64,000 bases of DNA from a virus. Taxonomy: Duplodnaviria > Caudoviricetes. A model generated the notes under the pieces. That model was given only the letters and a program-made list of their open reading frames with translations. It was not told where the DNA came from and made no database searches. How positions within the stretch are numbered: position 1 is the first letter of the stretch; every line of letters begins with the position of its first letter. Made by a program: the position numbers and the translations under genes. This document shows positions 58,322 through 64,000 of this stretch, piece by piece. Location of the stretch: IMG/VR virus record IMGVR_UViG_3300031993_000006, positions 128,001 to 192,000 of that record, one strand, 5' to 3'.

Positions 58322-59623
58322 ATGAATAAAGCAGAGCGACATGTCTATGCGTGCAGCTACTCGTTGCCATTCAAGGGCAACGAGGTTATCCTGAGCGCGA
58401 TGCACAAGGCAAAATCGCTCTACAATGCGACATTGTGGCATTACCGGCAGGCACTCGACGAACACCATAAGGCCAAGGAAGAAGGCCGAGACCCGCTCAC
58501 CGAATATCCCGACTACTACAAGATGGAAAGGAAGTTCCGCGACGAAAGGCAGATTAACTACTTCTCCCTTCCACAGAAGGTAAGCCAGCAAGTGCTTCGC
58601 GACGTTCAGTCGGATTGGAAGTCCTATGTGGCCCATGTCGTAAGGAACAAGTCTTATCCGCCGGGAAGCCCGGAAAGAAAGGAGCAGGTAAACCCGCCGA
58701 AATACAAGTACCGTGACGGATATGCTAGGTTGAGGTACACAAAGCAAGCGATTTCGTTTGTAAAATACCCCGGCAAGGCAACCCCTAGCGGGATAGATGT
58801 CGGGCTTGTCATACCTCCATTCATCGACCCAAAGAAAATACAGCAGATTGACATAGAGCCGGACGGTGCCGACTATATCCGAGTGACATTCATCTACAAG
58901 GTCGAGCTGTGCGGCCTCCTTGTTGATAACGGACGTGTCATGGGCATCGACATGGGTGTCACTAACCTGGCGACGTGCGGGACGAACGTTGGCCGCGGTA
59001 TCATCATTAACGGACGGCCAGTGAAATCAATCAATCAGTTCTTCAACAAGAGACTGGCTGCATTGAAGTCGGAAAACGACATTCTTCTTAAAAAGGAGAA
59101 CGAACGGAAAGTACAGACACAGAGACATCGTATCACAAGGAACATGGAGAGGCTCTTCAGAAAACGCAAGTACAAGATAAAGGATTACCTGCACAAGGCT
59201 GCATGTCGCATATTCGACTTCGTAGCGGAAAGCGGCATCACCACGATAGTGGTCGGAAAGAATGTAGGCTGGAAGCAAGAGTGTAACATGCAGAAGCAGA
59301 ATAACCAGAACTTCGTACAGATTCCGCATGCCAGATTCATCGACATGCTCGCCTACAAGGCGAGGGAACGAGGTATCGCATTTCTCACTGCCGAGGAGTC
59401 GTATACTTCCAAATGCTCCTTCGTCGATGGCGAGGAATTGTGCCATCACGATAAATACGTCGGTCAAAGAATAAGAAGAGGACTGTTCAGGACATCGAAG
59501 GGAATCCTTGTCAATGCAGACCTGAACGGGGCGCTCAACATAATAAGAAAAGTAATCCCCAATGCATTCGCTGAGGGGATAGAGGCGGTTATAGTTCCGC
59601 CACTACGTGCTATTGTCGCGTAA
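58322..59623 (+). CDS. tnpB: TnpB RNA-guided nuclease with rearranged RuvC-II; element ends not resolved
   Basis: KAKSLYN, GIDMGVTNL, VVGKNVGWKQ, AEESYTSKCS and NADLNGALNI motifs. Confidence 0.9.
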   Translation: MNKAERHVYACSYSLPFKGNEVILSAMHKAKSLYNATLWHYRQALDEHHKAKEEGRDPLTEYPDYYKMERKFRDERQINYFSLPQKVSQQVLRDVQSDWKSYVAHVVRNKSYPPGSPERKEQVNPPKYKYRDGYARLRYTKQAISFVKYPGKATPSGIDVGLVIPPFIDPKKIQQIDIEPDGADYIRVTFIYKVELCGLLVDNGRVMGIDMGVTNLATCGTNVGRGIIINGRPVKSINQFFNKRLAALKSENDILLKKENERKVQTQRHRITRNMERLFRKRKYKIKDYLHKAACRIFDFVAESGITTIVVGKNVGWKQECNMQKQNNQNFVQIPHARFIDMLAYKARERGIAFLTAEESYTSKCSFVDGEELCHHDKYVGQRIRRGLFRTSKGILVNADLNGALNIIRKVIPNAFAEGIEAVIVPPLRAIVA

Positions 59624-59652
59624 GCAAACCAGTTTCATTATTTTCTTTTAAA

Positions 59653-61776
59653 GTGGAAACTATGATTACTTTTATCGAATATTCCAAAATTGTAGAAGCC
59701 ATGGGCGAATGGGCCAAGACCTACGCGGCTGGCGAGAATACGGTCCCCGATACTGTCTGGGACCATAACCTTGTACTTATCAAGGAGTTCGAGGCGGCCA
59801 ACCCGTCTTTCATCCTTGCGACCTCTCCGACTCGTCATGTCGAAGATGGCGCCACGGGATTCCGTAAGGTAAAGCACGATATCCCGATGATGTCCATCGA
59901 GAACTCGAACGGTATCGAACAGACCAAGGAATGGGCGAACGGTATGTTCAACGATGGCGTTAAGGCTTTTGAGGCCGAGTATAAGATTGATGGTCTCAGT
60001 CTCGCGCTTAAGTATAAGGAAGGCGTCCTTGTGGACGCGGTGACACGAGGTCAGGATAATGTCGGCGACTCCGTATTTGAGAACGCTCTTCGTGTGCAGG
60101 GGGTGATAAAGAAGATTCCTCTTGCCGACGAAGCCGAAATTCGCGGTGAAGTTGTCTGGAAATATGCAGACTTCGAACCGTACAATGACAAGCTTATCAC
60201 CGAAGGCAAGAAGGCGTTTGCAAATCCGAGAAACGGAGCGTCCGGTACTCTTAAGCTCCACGACCCGGATGAAGTCGAACGCCGTAAGCTTTCTTTCATC
60301 GGTTACTTGATTGTTAAGGGTTCCCCTAATCGTTACCAGACGGATGATATCAAGACGCTTGAATCGATGGGCTTTGAAGTGCCGGAACATCACACGGCTA
60401 CGAACTTGGATGACCTCGTTAAGTATGCCGAATCGATGCGCGAACGCCGCTTTGAGCAAGCATATCCGATTGATGGTGTCGTGCTGAAGGTCGACGATAA
60501 GGATGACCAGCCGCGTTTTGGCCGTGCAACCAAGTCCCCGAACTATTTCCGCGCATATAAGTTCCCTCCTGAAGAAAAGGAGACCGAACTCGTTGATGTC
60601 GTGCCGTCTATCGGTATGTCCGGCGCGAATACTCCGGTCTGCATCGTCAAGCCGGTGCAACTTGCGATGACTACCGTTACTCGTATCACCGGTCATAACT
60701 GGGATACAGTGGAGTACCTCGGGTTGTACAAGGGTTGCCATGTGGTAATCCGCAAGGGTGGTGAAATTATTCCGGACTTGGTAAAGTGCGTTGAAACGGG
60801 CCGTTCCAAGGACAGTTACGATGTCGAACGCGAACTCTGCGACAAGAACAAGATTCCTCATGTCAGCCCGTGGGTTCCGACGACTGAAGAAGAAAAGGCT
60901 CGCGAACGCTATATTCGCCCGGCGACTTGCCCGTGCTGTGGCAAGCCACTCAGATGTGCTGTAAACTCTGAAGGAAAGGAATTGGTCAGCTGGGTATGCA
61001 CTAACGAAAACTGCCGTGCTCAGATTGGCGGTAAGCTCGCAAATTTCGTGGGCCGTGAATGCATGAACATCATGGGTATCGGGCCGAGTATCATCGAAGA
61101 CTTGCTGGTTGCCGGAAAACTTACCTTCTTCGACGACTTCTATCATCTTACGATGCAGGATTTTGTCGATGCTTGCGGAAAGCGTGAATCCGGCGCGAAG
61201 AAACTTGTTGCCGCAATCGAGAAGTCCCGTGGCAATTATCTTCATCAGCTCATTGAAGGGTTCTCGATTTCCGGGCTCGGCCACCAGGCTGCCCCGGCGG
61301 TAGCCGACTGTGTTGACCAGGTGGGCGGCCTTGCTGCACTTGCATCGCAGGACGCCGAGTATGTTTCCGAGGTGGCGGGAAAGTTCCGTGACCTCGCCGA
61401 TACCAAGGGCGTATCCAAGGAACTTGTCGATAAGTTCCTTGACTTCATCTGGAGCAACGGGGAGCGCATCCGCGAACTCGTGATGCTTGATGTGGCACAG
61501 AAGGTGAAGCCCGTGGTGTCTATGAAGCTTGCCGGCAAGGTATGCATTATGACGGGAACATTCGACGCCCTCGCCCGCGATGTGTTCAAGAATATGGTTA
61601 CCGAGAATGGCGGTACCATCTGTGGCTCTATCACCAAGAAGTGCAACCTTGTGCTTATGGGTGACGGCGCCGGTCCGGCAAAGAAGGCAGCCATCGAGAA
61701 GCTGACCCGTGCAGGCCAGAAAATCGATGTGTACACCCCGGAAACCCTCCAGCAGTTCCTCGACTTGCTGAAGTAG
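59653..61776 (+). CDS. ligA: NAD-dependent DNA ligase
   Basis: EYKIDG adenylation motif, TRG, EIRGE, NPRN, DGVVLK, AYKFP, C4 zinc finger, HhH and BRCT; start may be ATG 59662. Confidence 0.97.
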   Translation: METMITFIEYSKIVEAMGEWAKTYAAGENTVPDTVWDHNLVLIKEFEAANPSFILATSPTRHVEDGATGFRKVKHDIPMMSIENSNGIEQTKEWANGMFNDGVKAFEAEYKIDGLSLALKYKEGVLVDAVTRGQDNVGDSVFENALRVQGVIKKIPLADEAEIRGEVVWKYADFEPYNDKLITEGKKAFANPRNGASGTLKLHDPDEVERRKLSFIGYLIVKGSPNRYQTDDIKTLESMGFEVPEHHTATNLDDLVKYAESMRERRFEQAYPIDGVVLKVDDKDDQPRFGRATKSPNYFRAYKFPPEEKETELVDVVPSIGMSGANTPVCIVKPVQLAMTTVTRITGHNWDTVEYLGLYKGCHVVIRKGGEIIPDLVKCVETGRSKDSYDVERELCDKNKIPHVSPWVPTTEEEKARERYIRPATCPCCGKPLRCAVNSEGKELVSWVCTNENCRAQIGGKLANFVGRECMNIMGIGPSIIEDLLVAGKLTFFDDFYHLTMQDFVDACGKRESGAKKLVAAIEKSRGNYLHQLIEGFSISGLGHQAAPAVADCVDQVGGLAALASQDAEYVSEVAGKFRDLADTKGVSKELVDKFLDFIWSNGERIRELVMLDVAQKVKPVVSMKLAGKVCIMTGTFDALARDVFKNMVTENGGTICGSITKKCNLVLMGDGAGPAKKAAIEKLTRAGQKIDVYTPETLQQFLDLLK

Positions 61777-61814
61777 AAAAAATATAAGCAAATATAGCCT
61801 TCACGGTTTGGAGA

Positions 61815-61828
61815 TTTTGCTATATTTG
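61815..61828 (+). promoter_or_regulatory. host-type promoter for the tRNA/ncRNA unit
   Basis: TTTTGCTATATTTG about 40 nt before the tRNA. Confidence 0.75.
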
Positions 61829-61867
61829 TAACATAAGGCGAGAGACGGTGACGCCATCGAGCCTTAC

Positions 61868-61940
61868 GCGGGAGTAGCTCAGTTGGTAGAGCGTCGCCTT
61901 CCCAAGGCGAATGTCGGGGGTTCGAGTCCCCTCTCCCGCT
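61868..61940 (+). tRNA. tRNA-Gly (anticodon CCC), CCA not encoded
   Basis: Acceptor stem GCGGGAG/CTCCCGC, D arm GCTC/GAGC, anticodon arm TCGCC-TTCCCAA-GGCGA, T loop TTCGAGT, discriminator T. Confidence 0.97.
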
Positions 61941-61946
61941 CTCTAT

Positions 61947-62278
61947 AAAGTTGGCATTGACGCGTAGCGTCCCATAAGTGACTGGCCAAATAGTGTCGTG
62001 GGGTCCTGCCGACCGAAGCGATGCTTCCCTTAGGGAGTCCGTGGATTCAGCAATGGATTTGCGGATTACTTATGGAATGGTAAGTCGGACATAGGATTGC
62101 ACACTGCACTCTAGCAAGGTGGCGTCCTGGTGGTCGTGCTTGACGGTGTTATGGCCCTGCCGAAAGGTGGAACGCGGCTATGGTGCTGTTGTGCGGTTGA
62201 TGTACTGAGCGACCCCCCGCGGTTGTGAGAAGGTCCGAAAATCTGACAAGCCGGACGCTACGTCTCAATGCCAACTTT
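61947..62278 (+). ncRNA. large structured RNA of unknown family
   Basis: 26-bp closing stem, nested helices rich in G-U pairs and two GNRA tetraloops; no credible ORF. Confidence 0.8.
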
Positions 62279-62338
62279 TTGCTATATTTGAGTAGAGCGC
62301 TAAAAAAAGCCTCTACTTTTTTCATATATAGGAATATT

Positions 62339-64000
62339 ATGGCACAGAAAGAACTTGGCCCGGGAAGTGAAGGGGATGCGTACCGATACACTAAGAAAGT
62401 GTTGAAGTCATTGCCGAATGCATCGAGAGTCGAACATATCTACCGTGAAATCGCGCACAACAAGGGAATCTCCTCGTGGACCCGTGCTTGCTATGAGGAA
62501 CTGAGAACGCAGGTCTTCCGTGACGGCCAGTGCAAAATCAAGTTTGCCCCGGGTGTCGCCCGAATAGCATACGGCGAGCTCGAGTTCGGTACTGGCGACG
62601 AAGACTTCCGTCAGCTGGCTGACCTTAGAGATTTTGTTAGAATTATTAGCATCGCGCACTTTGAAACATTTACCCGACATCTTGCGCTTGATGGCAAGGA
62701 ACTGTCATTCAAGGATTTGGTCGAGCGCTTCGGTAATACGGTTTCTGCCAACTGGAAGGAACTGAAGGCTGAACTGCGCAACATCAAGTATGGACCGCGC
62801 CGTTACCAGATAATCTGGCTGGATTCTTTCGCTACCGCGCACAAGTACTATGAATACACCAAGCCCCACAACTGGTGTCACTTGGGTAGCCTCAGCATGT
62901 TCCGAAGCTATTCATTCAACCGCAAGTCGTCCAAGGATGGCACTTCGCGCGTGTCCGTCGTGAAGCTTTATCTTGCTGTCCTTCCGGGATTCGAGACGAT
63001 GACCGAGGACAATCCGCTGTATGGCGAATCTATGCTCGGTATCGATATCGGGCCGGATGGCCGTCTCATCCATGTGAACAACAGGTGGAATCATTCGCAT
63101 GATAATGTTGACGACCGAAAGGGCGATAACAAGTATTCGGAGAAGGAACTTTCCGAGCTGCTCGGCGGTCCTTTCTACAAGATTTGCCCTCCGTTGACAA
63201 AGAGGGAAATGAACCACATTTCCGGCGAACTGAAGCGTCGCCGTGAAGAGGAGAACCGTGCGGCTGCTAACTGGGTTCGCGGGTTTGCCGACCGGGTTGC
63301 TAACGGTGTGCGCAGTAAGCCGGCCAAGGAAACTGAAAGTTTCGTCGATTCTCGCGATAATGTCGAATACCGTACCCGCAAGATTGGCGGGCTGCAGTGG
63401 ATGCTCGACCCGCTTTCACATATGATTATCTCTCCCATCAATACGCCGGAAAATATGGTGAAGCATAAGATGGCGGTCGCCAAAGATTGGGACGAGACGG
63501 ATAAGTTTAACGAGAAAGTTGCCAAGTTCAAAGCTGTTACGCAGGTGACCTATAACAAGGGCGAGGATAATACTGCGGACGATATCGATGAAGACTCTAC
63601 GGTTGAGACGGGCGAGATTGGGGAGGCAAAGTGGACCGAAGTGGGGGAGGAAGTGCGAACCTCGGAATCTTTATCTAGAGCCCCGTCTTATTGTCCGTTG
63701 GTATCAATGGAATCTGGCGGTCGACAGAATCTGTTCTTTGCTACGGACGTGACCAAGCTGTCCCGTGCATACCGTGGTTCGGCCGAACATATCGACCGAT
63801 ACCTTTCCGACTGCCTTGACTATCGCGAAAAGCGCTTGGCGGCGCTCAAGAAGAAGCCGGCGGAAAAACTCATGGGAGACGAGGTGAAGAAACCGTCCGT
63901 CTATAAGGATGATAACTATCTCACTGTGATGGAAAATGAACAGTGGAGCGCGGTCGAACTGATTACTCCGCTTGGATTCGAACCGTCGTCTCGTTCGGTT
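62339..64000 (+). CDS. hypothetical protein with a FISUMP-like (Fibrobacter major paralogous) motif; runs off the window and is missing from the ORF track
   Basis: Promoter at 62277-62290, ATG 62339 (MAQKELGPG...); in-frame FVDSRDNVEYRTRKIGGLQWM from 63341. Confidence 0.75.
   Translation, partial: MAQKELGPGSEGDAYRYTKKVLKSLPNASRVEHIYREIAHNKGISSWTRACYEELRTQVFRDGQCKIKFAPGVARIAYGELEFGTGDEDFRQLADLRDFVRIISIAHFETFTRHLALDGKELSFKDLVERFGNTVSANWKELKAELRNIKYGPRRYQIIWLDSFATAHKYYEYTKPHNWCHLGSLSMFRSYSFNRKSSKDGTSRVSVVKLYLAVLPGFETMTEDNPLYGESMLGIDIGPDGRLIHVNNRWNHSHDNVDDRKGDNKYSEKELSELLGGPFYKICPPLTKREMNHISGELKRRREEENRAAANWVRGFADRVANGVRSKPAKETESFVDSRDNVEYRTRKIGGLQWMLDPLSHMIISPINTPENMVKHKMAVAKDWDETDKFNEKVAKFKAVTQVTYNKGEDNTADDIDEDSTVETGEIGEAKWTEVGEEVRTSESLSRAPSYCPLVSMESGGRQNLFFATDVTKLSRAYRGSAEHIDRYLSDCLDYREKRLAALKKKPAEKLMGDEVKKPSVYKDDNYLTVMENEQWSAVELITPLGFEPSSRSV

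Noticed and set aside
61947-62278. RNase P RNA, tmRNA, or retron msr-msd
   Set aside because: Lacks a GAGGAAAGUCC-type P4 in the right place, tRNA-like ends with CCA and a tag frame, and no reverse transcriptase is nearby. The short GTGGAACGCGG resemblance to RNase P is insufficient.
1-64000. Stop-codon reassignment
   Set aside because: Long genes are intact in the standard code, and TAA, TAG and TGA all end genes at sensible boundaries.

Overview
This 64-kb window is part of a large T4-like (myovirus-type) phage genome read in the standard genetic code. It carries divergent homologues of T4 gp21 (prohead protease), gp22 (scaffold), gp55 (late sigma factor), gp13/gp14/gp15 (neck and tail terminator) and gp6/gp7 (baseplate), plus a ~20-kb tail-fibre/baseplate block. 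Other genes include an amidase endolysin, a holin/spanin-like pair, Hsp20, DHH and 2H phosphoesterases, DEDDh and PD-(D/E)XK nucleases, a GT2-TPR glycosyltransferase, an NAD-dependent ligase and tRNA-Gly(CCC). Two promoter classes are visible by eye. (T)ATAAACT precedes virion genes and is a variant of the T4 late promoter TATAAATA. TTTGCTATATTTG precedes non-virion genes and contains the FCB-type TAnnTTTG element. That promoter, Shine-Dalgarno use and a Fibrobacter major paralogous (FISUMP)-like motif suggest a Fibrobacter-like host (inference). The most notable items are: (1) an unassigned ~330-nt, highly structured RNA immediately after the tRNA; (2) three different transposase-less TnpB elements, one with terminal inverted repeats and a GGTT direct repeat that splits a small gene, which can be rejoined in frame; (3) a sigma54-consensus promoter on hsp20; (4) a catalytically dead gp21 paralogue; (5) a prion-like Q/G/N/M-rich late protein at the position where the major capsid gene normally sits; (6) a candidate virion-glycosylating enzyme. 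All family calls come from motif recognition by eye; no database search was run.
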